NCBI GenBank assembly: GCA_963932905.1
Contig: CAWVRN010000024.1
Span: 1-64,000, forward strand
Direction: 5' to 3'
Source: an uncultured Bdellovibrio sp.
GTDB taxonomy: Bacteria > Bdellovibrionota > Bdellovibrionia > Bdellovibrionales > Bdellovibrionaceae
DNA: 64,000 nucleotides
The translations under genes were made by a program, and so were the position numbers. Below the pieces are notes generated by a model. The model did not search any database, had not been told where the DNA came from, and saw only the letters and a list, made by a program, of their open reading frames with translations. The stretch's first letter is position 1, and every line of letters begins with the position of its first letter. Below are positions 40,372 through 49,706 of the stretch, one piece after another.

Positions 40372-41667
40372 CTAATTGGGAAATTGAATTTCTGCTAATG
40401 TGCGATCGGTTGAGTTTTGATGGTTAAGCATGAGTTTTGTTAGGGAATCCGTTAGCTGTGTCCGTTCACTATCAGTGATATTCGAGTGAAGCTCTAACAA
40501 TTGTTCTAGCTCGGTGGTGTTTTGAATCGGTTGAACCCAATTACTTTTGTGATTTGGAATTGTGATATGGCTAAACTCGATCGCTTCGCGGTTGTTTGTG
40601 TGGAAAGGCCCGACACAGACGGGTTTGAAGAAACTCAATGGTTCCATCACGGAATGAACTTTAGCTTTGAAGGAGCCGCCGACAAACGCGAGTTGGGCCC
40701 ATGCATAGAGGTGAAATAAATATCCATATTGATCGACAATTAAAACATCCCAAGGTGGCGAGTCGGATTGTTTAGTGTCTCGGAGTTTAGAAAAACGAAC
40801 AGATTTAAGTTTGTTCGTCAGGCAAAACTTCTCAAGTCTGACCAAAGTTTCCTCGTGCACTTCATGCGGGGCAATTACTAAACTCCATGTTGTGTTCAAT
40901 TTGGCGAAAGCGGGCAACAAAACGGCTTCATCTTCTGTCCAAGTGGACCCCGCCACGAAAACTTTTTTTGTCGATAAAAGTTTTGGTAAATCTTTTTTTG
41001 TGTTTTGCTTTTTGAAGAAGACTTGATCATAGCGAGTATCGCCCGTTACGTATATGGGAACACTCACATTTATAAAATCGAAATTTTTTTTGTCATCCTC
41101 GGATACGGTTAAAATCTTGTTTAGGTTGTTCAGTGCCGTGCGAGTCAGCGCCGTTAGAAACTGGCCTTTTTTGGCGCTGGATTCTGAATAGGTGGCAGAG
41201 AATAAATAAGTGGGCGTGCCTCGTTGTTTCAATTGAAGGCTGATTTCGGGCCAAACGTCCGTTCGTGCAAAAAGAAATAGTTTGAAATTAAACTTTTTCA
41301 AAAATCGGGTGACTAACCAAGGCAAGTCAATAGGTGCTGGTCCCACAGCGTCGACATCAGGCTGATTTATGACCGCTTTCAATACAGAGCTAGAAGAGAG
41401 CGTCACAACAATATTGTGTCCTGGATAACGTTCTTTGATTTTTCGAATGATCGGGTAGGCGTATTCAATTTCTCCACTGGCCGCGTGTATCCCGATCGAG
41501 CGACGATCGGGATTGAATGTCGAACGATAGTGAAATTCATTTTTTAAACGAAAACGAATGCCTTCGAAAATTTTGCCATTGAAATTAAGCGGAGCCAACA
41601 GGCGCGCTAATCCATAGACCAACGGAAGAACGAAAAAACGGTAAAGATTGAAAACTATCGAGTCCAT
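40372..41667 (-). CDS. waaA: Kdo transferase
   Basis: IHAASGE, PID, TGDTRYD, AGSTW..DE, IAPH, AFVGGSF..HSVMEP; start set at MDSIVF. Confidence 0.9.
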   Translation of the reverse strand: MDSIVFNLYRFFVLPLVYGLARLLAPLNFNGKIFEGIRFRLKNEFHYRSTFNPDRRSIGIHAASGEIEYAYPIIRKIKERYPGHNIVVTLSSSSVLKAVINQPDVDAVGPAPIDLPWLVTRFLKKFNFKLFLFARTDVWPEISLQLKQRGTPTYLFSATYSESSAKKGQFLTALTRTALNNLNKILTVSEDDKKNFDFINVSVPIYVTGDTRYDQVFFKKQNTKKDLPKLLSTKKVFVAGSTWTEDEAVLLPAFAKLNTTWSLVIAPHEVHEETLVRLEKFCLTNKLKSVRFSKLRDTKQSDSPPWDVLIVDQYGYLFHLYAWAQLAFVGGSFKAKVHSVMEPLSFFKPVCVGPFHTNNREAIEFSHITIPNHKSNWVQPIQNTTELEQLLELHSNITDSERTQLTDSLTKLMLNHQNSTDRTLAEIQFPN

Positions 41668-42665
41668 TTTAACAATTCGTTCGCAACAGTGGATGGTTTG
41701 ATGTCGACAAGGCATTGATGGTGAATAGGATTTACACACGGACCCTGTCCATGTTTACTGCAGGGACGACATGCTAACGGCAGTTCCATTTTTAACGTCG
41801 ACGGTCGACTTGGAAAACCAAACGGCGCCGGGCCTAGCAATGCGAGACAAGGGTGCCCCAACTGTTCAGCAATATGCATAAGCCCGGTGTCGTTGCTGAC
41901 TAGAGCTTTTGATTTTTTTATGATGGCGGCGTTAGTTTTGTAATCTAAGGCTCCGGCTAAATTTAAGCAGCGGCCTGGGGCTACGGCTTGGATGTCTTTT
42001 AGGAATTGATCTTCGGGGCCACCCAGCAACACAAAGTCAAAATCAGGTAGAAGCTGAATAAGATCTTTCCAATAATCTTTTGGCCAGCGTTTTAAAAAAT
42101 AAGCGGCCGATGGTGCCAACGTAAAAAAAGGGCGTTTTAAGGCGCTGATTTTATCTAGAGCTTTGGTTTCCGACGAAGACTCCAGAAAGATTTGTGGTGC
42201 AGGTGGTAAGGATTTGTCAATGCCCCAAGGCTCAAGTGGTTCAATGAGGTCACGTTGCCCTGAAAATGGCATCTGGAATTTGTTGATTCTGAACTTAAAT
42301 AAAAGGAAGCGTTTCCAGCGGTAAATGGGGCGCCTTATTTTGTGATTAAACTTTAGGAACGTCGACAGAGTGTAAATAATAAACGATCGCAAGTTGTTAT
42401 GAGCATCGTACACATGAGTGAAGTTTTGTTGTCTTAATTTCCAAGCTAGTTTTAAGAGTTCCAAAAAGCCTTTTTTGCGGTTAAAAAGCCAAATGCGATC
42501 AATGTGCGGGTGATTTTCAAGTAGTGACTTATAGTCCTCGCGGGTAACCCAGTGGACGTCTGCGTCCTTGAAGTGATCTTTTAGTTTTGTCGGTAAACTC
42601 AGTGCCTGAGTGACATCGCCAAAGCTAGAAAATCGTATGAGCAACACTTTAGTTTTTGATTGCAT
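41655..42665 (-). CDS. Glycosyltransferase family 9 (heptosyltransferase-like)
   Basis: IRFSSFGDV, KRWP, SNDTGLMHIA, CRPCSKHG..C; start set at MQSKTK. Confidence 0.9.
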   Translation of the reverse strand: MQSKTKVLLIRFSSFGDVTQALSLPTKLKDHFKDADVHWVTREDYKSLLENHPHIDRIWLFNRKKGFLELLKLAWKLRQQNFTHVYDAHNNLRSFIIYTLSTFLKFNHKIRRPIYRWKRFLLFKFRINKFQMPFSGQRDLIEPLEPWGIDKSLPPAPQIFLESSSETKALDKISALKRPFFTLAPSAAYFLKRWPKDYWKDLIQLLPDFDFVLLGGPEDQFLKDIQAVAPGRCLNLAGALDYKTNAAIIKKSKALVSNDTGLMHIAEQLGHPCLALLGPAPFGFPSRPSTLKMELPLACRPCSKHGQGPCVNPIHHQCLVDIKPSTVANELLKWTR

Positions 42666-42699
42666 GTTGTCTACTTTACTCAGATATTGGAAAATGTAC

Positions 42700-43830
42700 A
42701 TGAATTATTTATTATGGGTTTCGTTTTTCAGCTTATTTATCCTAGGATTTGGAGACAATATACGTGGCCCGCTGTTCCCTGAAATTATTCAAAGTTTTGA
42801 TCTGACTGATTCTTTAGCAGCTTGGTATTTTGCCCTTTCTTCATTCATGTCATTTGTCGGCAGTTATGTGGTTCGTAAATACAAGTCGGTTTCCCAGTTG
42901 TTGAAATTATTGTATCTGGGCATTTTGTGTATCTTTACCAGTTTTGCCATTCAGCGATTTGCTACCAGTTATACCGTCGTTTTGTGCGGCGTTGTGTTTT
43001 TTGGTTTGAGTGTCGGTTTTTTAGGGGTCGCTCAGAATAATTTAGTTATTATCGGCACGAGTCCTAAAAATAGGTCGCGCATGTTGTCCTATCTGCATAG
43101 CATGTATGGAACAGCATCATTGCTGGCACCACTTTTTGTGGCTTGGCTTTCAAATCATCGCTGGCAGCAGATACTATTTTCTTTTTCTTGGGTGGCGCTG
43201 CTATTTAGCGTGGTTGGGTTTTATTATAACTCAAAAAAAGCCGAACGCATCCAGCACTTTTCGCAATTTCAAGAGGCCGAAACACATGGCCTTGGTAGTT
43301 GGTCTGAGCTTAAGATCTCTTTTGCTATTTCATTTTATGTTTTGGCTGAAATTGTAATGGGCACTCGACTGGCGTTATTCATGCGTCGTTATTATAACTA
43401 TGATCTTTCTACATCAAGTTTATATGTGACTTTGTTTTTTGTATTTATGCTGCTGGGGCGGGTGGCGATTTCGTTTGTTCCACATCATTTTAATATTAAA
43501 AAACAACTGATGATGTCACTAACGGCGGCTTTCATTTTTATTTTGTTGGGACTGTATGTGCATCCATTTGCTTTGACATTGGCTGGCTTGGGGTTGGCGC
43601 CATTTTATCCATTGAGTCTGTCCTACGTTTCGCAATTGTATCCACATAAATCAACGACCATCGTTTCGTGGACTTTGATTATTCAAGGTTTTTCTATTGT
43701 GCTTATGCACTTGGGGGTTGGGAAACTGGCAGACCTTGTGGGATTAAAGTCAGCCATGTTGATAGGGCCGGTATGCTGTCTTTTAAGTTTTACAATTTTA
43801 CTTTTTATTCGGGAGAGCAAGAATGCCTAA
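42700..43830 (+). CDS. MFS transporter (FucP/TsgA-like)
   Basis: About 12 hydrophobic segments, GPLFP, LHSMYG, MLLGR; start set at MNYLLW. Confidence 0.85.
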   Translation: MNYLLWVSFFSLFILGFGDNIRGPLFPEIIQSFDLTDSLAAWYFALSSFMSFVGSYVVRKYKSVSQLLKLLYLGILCIFTSFAIQRFATSYTVVLCGVVFFGLSVGFLGVAQNNLVIIGTSPKNRSRMLSYLHSMYGTASLLAPLFVAWLSNHRWQQILFSFSWVALLFSVVGFYYNSKKAERIQHFSQFQEAETHGLGSWSELKISFAISFYVLAEIVMGTRLALFMRRYYNYDLSTSSLYVTLFFVFMLLGRVAISFVPHHFNIKKQLMMSLTAAFIFILLGLYVHPFALTLAGLGLAPFYPLSLSYVSQLYPHKSTTIVSWTLIIQGFSIVLMHLGVGKLADLVGLKSAMLIGPVCCLLSFTILLFIRESKNA

Positions 43831-44935
43831 ATTTTTCGCCGTCACGGCGCCTGGTTTTGAAGACGGTTTGGAATCAGAAATTAAGAACTTTCATTCTTTG
43901 TTTGGTTTTGATGACGGCTTAAAGATCGTTTCCTCACAGCGAGGTGGTGTTGAGTTTGAATCCGGCGTGAACGAATCTGTTTATTTTAATAATTATTCAA
44001 AATTGGCGACACGGTTGTTAATTCGATGGGATGAATTTCACTGTGTTTTTTTTAGTGATTTGGAAAAAAAACTAAAACAACGCTCGCTGGCTAAGTGGTT
44101 TAAAAATAAATCTCGTATTTTTGTAAAGGTGAACTCTAAGAAATCAAAGCTGGGTCAAGAGAAAAAAATATTTGAAGTGTTTCAACGCGTATACACGGAT
44201 TTTGACTTGATTCCTAAAGCCAGCGAGGCCGAAGAAGACGATTTTACTTTGTTTGTCGATTTTTACGAAGACATGTGCACATTGAGTATAGATACTTCTG
44301 GTGCGGCTTTGTACAAACGTTCAATGGATAAAAAAGTCTCGTTCGGATCTATGCGTGAGACAATCGCCAGCTGGGCATTACTGAAAATGACGATGGCCGA
44401 TTCGCCTTGGAAAGAGCCAACCGTATTGATCGATCCATTTGCTGGTTCAGGTACGTTACTTCTTGAAAGTCAAAATGTTGGGGTGAATCGTCAGCGCGAA
44501 TACACGTATCAGAAACTAAAATCTTTCGACGATCTAAAGCCATTGAATGAAAACAAAATTAATTTTGCCAAGCCACCCTTTGTGGAATTGGTCGGAATCG
44601 AAGCGGACGAAGAAACATTTGAAATCCTGAAATCAAATTTGCAATCACTATCAAAAAAGGCTAAAGTTTCGTTGAATCATCAAAAAAATGAGAATTATCA
44701 AAAGGCTCATGACCAGAGAGTTTGGTTGTTTTCAAATTTACCCTATGGAAAGCAAGTTAAGTCAGACACATTAAAAACCATGTTTGCGTCGATGAAATCT
44801 GTTTTTAAACCCCAACTGATCGCGGTTTTTCACCCAGAACCGTTAAAAGATAGAGAAGCGCTGACCGCGCTTCATTTTCCTGTCGTAAATGGTGGTTTGA
44901 AAGTCACCCTATCGATTCTTACCTACAAGCGATAA
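43823..44935 (+). CDS. THUMP-domain class I SAM methyltransferase (RlmL-like)
   Basis: LSIDTSGAALYKR, MRETIA, DPFAGSGTLLLE, NLPYG. Confidence 0.8.
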   Translation: MPKFFAVTAPGFEDGLESEIKNFHSLFGFDDGLKIVSSQRGGVEFESGVNESVYFNNYSKLATRLLIRWDEFHCVFFSDLEKKLKQRSLAKWFKNKSRIFVKVNSKKSKLGQEKKIFEVFQRVYTDFDLIPKASEAEEDDFTLFVDFYEDMCTLSIDTSGAALYKRSMDKKVSFGSMRETIASWALLKMTMADSPWKEPTVLIDPFAGSGTLLLESQNVGVNRQREYTYQKLKSFDDLKPLNENKINFAKPPFVELVGIEADEETFEILKSNLQSLSKKAKVSLNHQKNENYQKAHDQRVWLFSNLPYGKQVKSDTLKTMFASMKSVFKPQLIAVFHPEPLKDREALTALHFPVVNGGLKVTLSILTYKR

Positions 44936-44946
44936 GGGTACTGAAA

Positions 44947-45609
44947 CTATTTACACTCGCTAGCTGATTCGCGAACTAGTTTTTCTTTTGTATCTGGAAT
45001 TTCTCGAGTGAAAGAAAACTTCCCTGAAATTTTTGCGTTCTCTTTTTTAGGTTCATCAAATAATCGGCATGTGATGGTTTCTATTCGAGTCGGAACCTCT
45101 TTTGAAATTTTGACTTCTTTTTTGCCGATGCAAACACCGGTATCCGCGAGTTTGAATTTCTTGTCGGCACCTAGAACATAAGCCTTGCAGTCTTTAGTTT
45201 TTACACAGGCTACACTGCCGGTTTCCATAGAAAGAGCTGATTCATTTTTAATTGATGTTTCAGTCATACAGATGATGCTTAGGTCTTGAAGGTTTATTTT
45301 TTTTTCGCCAATCAATCCCAACGTAGTCAAATTTGTTGATGTTAAGTTGTCGCGTTGAGCAACTTCGAAAATAGCCTCTTGATTGTCGCTTTTTATTCGC
45401 ACCTGGTACAAGTTTTTTAATACGAGTTTATCTAAGGCGGTCGGTGCAGAAACAGAAATCTCTAGTTTAGAGTCATCTTTTATTTCAAACTCTTTGTTTT
45501 CGGTGTCTTTAAGAACGAGTTTGCCTTTGATCGGTTCTTCCACTTTAAATTGTGCAAATAAGCTAGAACCAATTACCGTAGCTAAAACAAAAGTTTTCCA
45601 ATTCATCAT
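44947..45609 (-). CDS. Hypothetical secreted protein
   Basis: Signal peptide, six Cys, GAGGA RBS. Confidence 0.7.
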   Translation of the reverse strand: MMNWKTFVLATVIGSSLFAQFKVEEPIKGKLVLKDTENKEFEIKDDSKLEISVSAPTALDKLVLKNLYQVRIKSDNQEAIFEVAQRDNLTSTNLTTLGLIGEKKINLQDLSIICMTETSIKNESALSMETGSVACVKTKDCKAYVLGADKKFKLADTGVCIGKKEVKISKEVPTRIETITCRLFDEPKKENAKISGKFSFTREIPDTKEKLVRESASECK

Positions 45610-45842
45610 AGAATCCTCACAATCAATAGATTACGATTTATTACATTACAAATTGAGGACCAGATATTCTCTAGCTAGCGGCAAATATAGTGGGTTTGAT
45701 GAATAGGGGAGCTGTAAAATTGTTAGACAGGTGTAACGGAGGACTTATTTCACGACTCTGCTGTTTAAAATCTGACAGTTTAAGGCAGTGGTCCTTTGTG
45801 GTAGCGTCTTTAAAATTCAAATAATGTATTTAGGAGTCATAG

Positions 45843-46553
45843 GTGAATCCGGCTATTAAAATTATTGTATTTATGTTGGCGGTAAGTTTTTCAACCATGT
45901 CGCAAGCCGCAACGGACGAAGATGTTGTTGTTGTAAAGCGCTCTGTAAAAGAGATTTACGAGGATTCTAGCGAAGCAAACCGTATTGGGAAAAAGTTTGA
46001 TATTCATTACACTCTTTTGGGTATCAGTGCTAACAATGCACCGGCACAAGGGATCGGTGTTGGCTATTTCTTGGATCGAAACAAACAAGTTCTAGTGGAG
46101 GTTCGTAAGGGGAGAGGCGCCTATATGAGGTACCGATATGAATCTTACAATGGTGTTTCTAAGGAATGGTCAACGGATGCGCAAATCACTCAGGTGGGCG
46201 CGCACTTTAAGCATTATGTGGGAAATTCGTTTTACTACCGAGTGGGTGCCGATTACAGCAGTGTGGATTATAAGTATGATCTGAGTGGAAGCTATTATGG
46301 CGATACTTCGAGTTCTTATTTTAAAGGGACAGCGATCATCGGAAGTTTTGTTATTGGTAATCAATGGCAGTGGGAAAACTTCACCCTAGGTTGCGATTGG
46401 ATTGGATTAGCGTCACCATTAACTTACACAATTTCGGGAGTTACTACGCCTACGACGGCTTCAGAGAAGTCGGACATGGAAAATGATCAGCGTATGTACG
46501 TTTCTGATAGTTCCGGAATTCTGTTGCGATTGTACCTAGGAGCTAGCTTCTAG
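45843..46553 (+). CDS. Small outer-membrane beta-barrel protein
   Basis: GTG start with AGGAG RBS; signal peptide; alternating strands; ends LRLYLGASF. Confidence 0.7.
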   Translation: MNPAIKIIVFMLAVSFSTMSQAATDEDVVVVKRSVKEIYEDSSEANRIGKKFDIHYTLLGISANNAPAQGIGVGYFLDRNKQVLVEVRKGRGAYMRYRYESYNGVSKEWSTDAQITQVGAHFKHYVGNSFYYRVGADYSSVDYKYDLSGSYYGDTSSSYFKGTAIIGSFVIGNQWQWENFTLGCDWIGLASPLTYTISGVTTPTTASEKSDMENDQRMYVSDSSGILLRLYLGASF

Positions 46554-46736
46554 AGCTCTGGACCTAGATCCTAGTGGGTAGTAATAATAAGAAACACTTA
46601 TGCGAACCATAGAATCAAATGTCCTAGTCTGGTGATTTTTTCGTTTGCTATCTAGCCCTTAGTTTTCTTTAATTAATGCATCGGCTTTTGTCTGGAAGAC
46701 GAAAGCCTAAAAAAACAAATCCAAGGATTAGGGTTT

Positions 46737-48365
46737 ATGAAAACAACGAGTTTGATCTTAGCATCAATAGTTTTATCACACGTCGCTTTAGCAGAACGCT
46801 ACATGGTGACTTTTAAGAATCACGACTTACATCAAGAACTAGTGTCGCAGAAAAACACAATGCAGCTTCAGAGTTACATGGCGGCTAAGGGTTACGCTTT
46901 AACGGTGGATAAAATTCAAACTCACTTGTCAGCGCTCAACACATCGGTGGTTAAAGATTTAACGACAAGCCAAATTGAATCTCTAAAGAAAAATAGCAAT
47001 GTTTTATTTGTAGAAAAAGAAGTAAAACGCCCTCTGCCTTTCAAAGTAGGTCTTTTCAAAAAACCAATCTTGAATGACCAAGCGTTTCGTTTCTTCGAAC
47101 AAGATCGCCCTTGGGGTATCAGCGCCATTAACACGGGTATTACTTGGAATGTAACATCGGGCGGAGCGGGTGCGCGCGTTCTTGTGTTAGACACGGGGAT
47201 CGATCGTGATCACCCAGCTGTTCGCCCCAATTTAGAGAACGCGCGTGATTTCGTAGGCGATGATCAAGTCGGGTATGCTTATAAAGATACTGTTGGTCAT
47301 GGAACGCACGTCGCGGGAACGATAGCGGGTGTATTAGAAAAATCAGGATTTTCGGGCGTAGCTCCGACAGCGCATATTTTAGCCGGTCGCGTGTGCGCTG
47401 AAGATGGCTGTTCTAACATCGCAATTGCGGAAGGTATCAATTGGGGTATCGAGCAAAAAGTAGATGTTATCAGTATGTCGTTAGGTGGTATTTGGTCACC
47501 AATGGCAGAACGTTTAGCAGTAAAAGCGGCGTACGACGCTGGAATCACATTAGTCGCTGCCAGCGGAAATGATGGCAACGGTACGGTGGGATTTCCAGCT
47601 GCGTTACCCGAGTGTATCGCCGTCGGCGCAGTGGATTCAAAGATGCACCGAGCGGAATTTTCACAATACGGTCCTGAGCTAGCAGTGGTAGCACCAGGAG
47701 TTGAGGTAACCTCTTCTGTTCCTCTCGGATCAGGCCGCGAAGCTTTGTTGAAAGTTTCAACGGATGCGACGAACTTTACAAAAATCAAAGGCGCTTCAAT
47801 GCAGGGATCAAAAACGGAATTAAAACCGTTAACTGGTGATCTGATTTATGCGGGCCTAGGATCTAAAGATGAATTCAAGGCGATCAATGCCGAAGGCAAG
47901 ATCGCCTTGATCAAGCGTGGCGAATTGAAATTCGTGGAAAAAGTAGAAAACGCAATTGAGGCCAAGGCTTCGGCAGTCATCGTATTTAATAACGAACCAG
48001 GCATGCTAAACGGGATGTTGACAGAAGATGGAACTGAAATGGCTATCGCTGCCTACATGGTTGAGCAAACGGTCGGTGAGGCCCTTTTAAAGCAATTGCA
48101 AACAGGTTCGGTTCAAGCGCAACATGTTTCCTTAATCACGAATTACGCATCGATGAACGGGACGAGCATGGCTACTCCGCATGTAAGTGGTGTGGTGGCA
48201 TTGATGAAATCAGTCAATAAAGCGTTAACGCCCGCTCAGGTGAAACAAATTTTAATGGATACCGCTAAAAAAGTATCTGACGACACTGAGAATCAAACCG
48301 GGGCAGGGGTGGTTCAGGCGGATATGGCTGTACGCGCAGCCTTAGCTAGTCGTTTAACGCCATAG
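46737..48365 (+). CDS. Secreted subtilisin (S8) protease with PA domain
   Basis: VLDTGID, HGTHVAG, AASGN, PA insert (GKIALIKRG..F.EK), GTSMATPHV. Confidence 0.95.
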   Translation: MKTTSLILASIVLSHVALAERYMVTFKNHDLHQELVSQKNTMQLQSYMAAKGYALTVDKIQTHLSALNTSVVKDLTTSQIESLKKNSNVLFVEKEVKRPLPFKVGLFKKPILNDQAFRFFEQDRPWGISAINTGITWNVTSGGAGARVLVLDTGIDRDHPAVRPNLENARDFVGDDQVGYAYKDTVGHGTHVAGTIAGVLEKSGFSGVAPTAHILAGRVCAEDGCSNIAIAEGINWGIEQKVDVISMSLGGIWSPMAERLAVKAAYDAGITLVAASGNDGNGTVGFPAALPECIAVGAVDSKMHRAEFSQYGPELAVVAPGVEVTSSVPLGSGREALLKVSTDATNFTKIKGASMQGSKTELKPLTGDLIYAGLGSKDEFKAINAEGKIALIKRGELKFVEKVENAIEAKASAVIVFNNEPGMLNGMLTEDGTEMAIAAYMVEQTVGEALLKQLQTGSVQAQHVSLITNYASMNGTSMATPHVSGVVALMKSVNKALTPAQVKQILMDTAKKVSDDTENQTGAGVVQADMAVRAALASRLTP

Positions 48366-48389
48366 AATCCCTAAGGATCTGCGGCAGCC

Positions 48390-48824
48390 TTAGTAGCAGC
48401 CGTAGGCAGTGCAGCGACGACCATAGTATAACGAGTTCAGAGTCGTAGTCTCTGTGCTCATCTGGTACCAGCGGTTGCTCATAAGCATGATATCGTTTTT
48501 TGAGGCTGATTTAAGATAGTTTTCAAAATACACATTTAATTGATCTACATTATAAGTCACAGCGTTAGGATTGGAAGCTAGGTAGTTATTATAACCGTAG
48601 AAGTTATAATAGTAACTTTGGCCGTAAAATTCAGTAAGGGAAGCCAAGGTCCCAGCTTTCGCTGAATTACAGTAGGACTGACCTCTCATCGATACGCAGC
48701 GGTCATAGGCTACTCGGGCTTGTGAGATCTCGGTGTCTTTGTTGCCTTCATCTTTGTTATTGCAGGCAACAAGGAATAAGCTCGTTAACAGAGTCATAAA
48801 ACTCATCATTAATATTGATCTCAT
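48390..48824 (-). CDS. Hypothetical Tyr/Asn-rich lipoprotein
   Basis: Lipobox LVAC; GAGG RBS; two further Cys pairs. Confidence 0.75.
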   Translation of the reverse strand: MRSILMMSFMTLLTSLFLVACNNKDEGNKDTEISQARVAYDRCVSMRGQSYCNSAKAGTLASLTEFYGQSYYYNFYGYNNYLASNPNAVTYNVDQLNVYFENYLKSASKNDIMLMSNRWYQMSTETTTLNSLYYGRRCTAYGCY

Positions 48825-48867
48825 AGGGCACCTCTTCTAAAAAAAATTCTATACATGCAGAAATCAA

Positions 48868-48883
48868 AGCAATGGTAATGCCA
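48868..48883 (-). promoter_or_regulatory. Putative sigma54 promoter
   Basis: Minus strand TGGCATTACCATTGCT, near consensus TGGCAC-N5-TTGC. Confidence 0.7.
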
Positions 48884-49047
48884 GGGTGAAAAAATTTCTA
48901 TTGATGCGATAACGGGGTATGAGATCAATAAGTTAGAGTGGTATTTGTCTAAAACCTTTTCATTGTGACAATTTTGAGTCTTTCCATCTTGTGTCATTTT
49001 GGTTTTTAGGCTATAAAAACTTATCAAAAATCTGGGGAGGATGGTTC

Positions 49048-49620
49048 ATGGCGGTTGATATGTTTGATGCTATTGATGAGGGCGGCGGTACTGAATTCCA
49101 AAAAGACATGGAAATCGAAGTAGATATCGATACAGATGGTGACGAAGACGAAGAAGGCCAAGGTAAAGTTAAAAGCGCCTTTGACCTAGAATTCGACGAT
49201 CCAGCTTTGACTCCTGAAATGATGAAGGGTCAGTTACTTGGCGAAGATGAAGAAGATAATGTTAACTTGGATGAAATCGACAATATCCTAGAATTAACTG
49301 AAACTCAGTTTCCAAAATTCACATTAGCGAAAAATAAAGCTCGTTTCCTACGTATGGTTAGCTGGTATCGCAATAAAGAAGAGTGGATCGAAGTAGCTCC
49401 TTTGAGCGGCGTAACTAAACTTTTCAAACAGCAAACTAAAGAATTAGAAGGCATCCGTTCTTCTAAGTTAGATTACGAAATGGAATTAGAAACAGGAACT
49501 TTGACTCCGTCTCAGCGTTCTTATCGTCGTGACGAATTGAAAATGTGCAAAGTTCAAGAAAAAATGGCTGTTCATTTGATTTCTAAGCTACAATTGAAGA
49601 TCAAGTCAGGTCGTAGATAG
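49048..49620 (+). CDS. Hypothetical protein with very acidic N-terminus and basic helical C-terminus
   Basis: GGGGAGG RBS before ATG 49048; followed by a terminator. Confidence 0.8.
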   Translation: MAVDMFDAIDEGGGTEFQKDMEIEVDIDTDGDEDEEGQGKVKSAFDLEFDDPALTPEMMKGQLLGEDEEDNVNLDEIDNILELTETQFPKFTLAKNKARFLRMVSWYRNKEEWIEVAPLSGVTKLFKQQTKELEGIRSSKLDYEMELETGTLTPSQRSYRRDELKMCKVQEKMAVHLISKLQLKIKSGRR

Positions 49621-49647
49621 TTAGTATTTCAAAATACATTTCGTAAA

Positions 49648-49682
49648 AATAAAAAAGGCCCATTTAGGGCCTTTTTTATTTT
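49648..49682. terminator. Bidirectional intrinsic terminator
   Basis: AATAAAAAAGGCCC-ATTTA-GGGCCTTTTTTATT between convergent genes. Confidence 0.88.
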
Positions 49683-49706
49683 GTATGAGTCTGGTCGTCT
49701 TGATTT

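Noticed and set aside
47297..47788. 163-aa minus-strand ORF and the other short ORFs nested in long genes
   Set aside because: Antisense or alternate-frame shadows of well-supported genes
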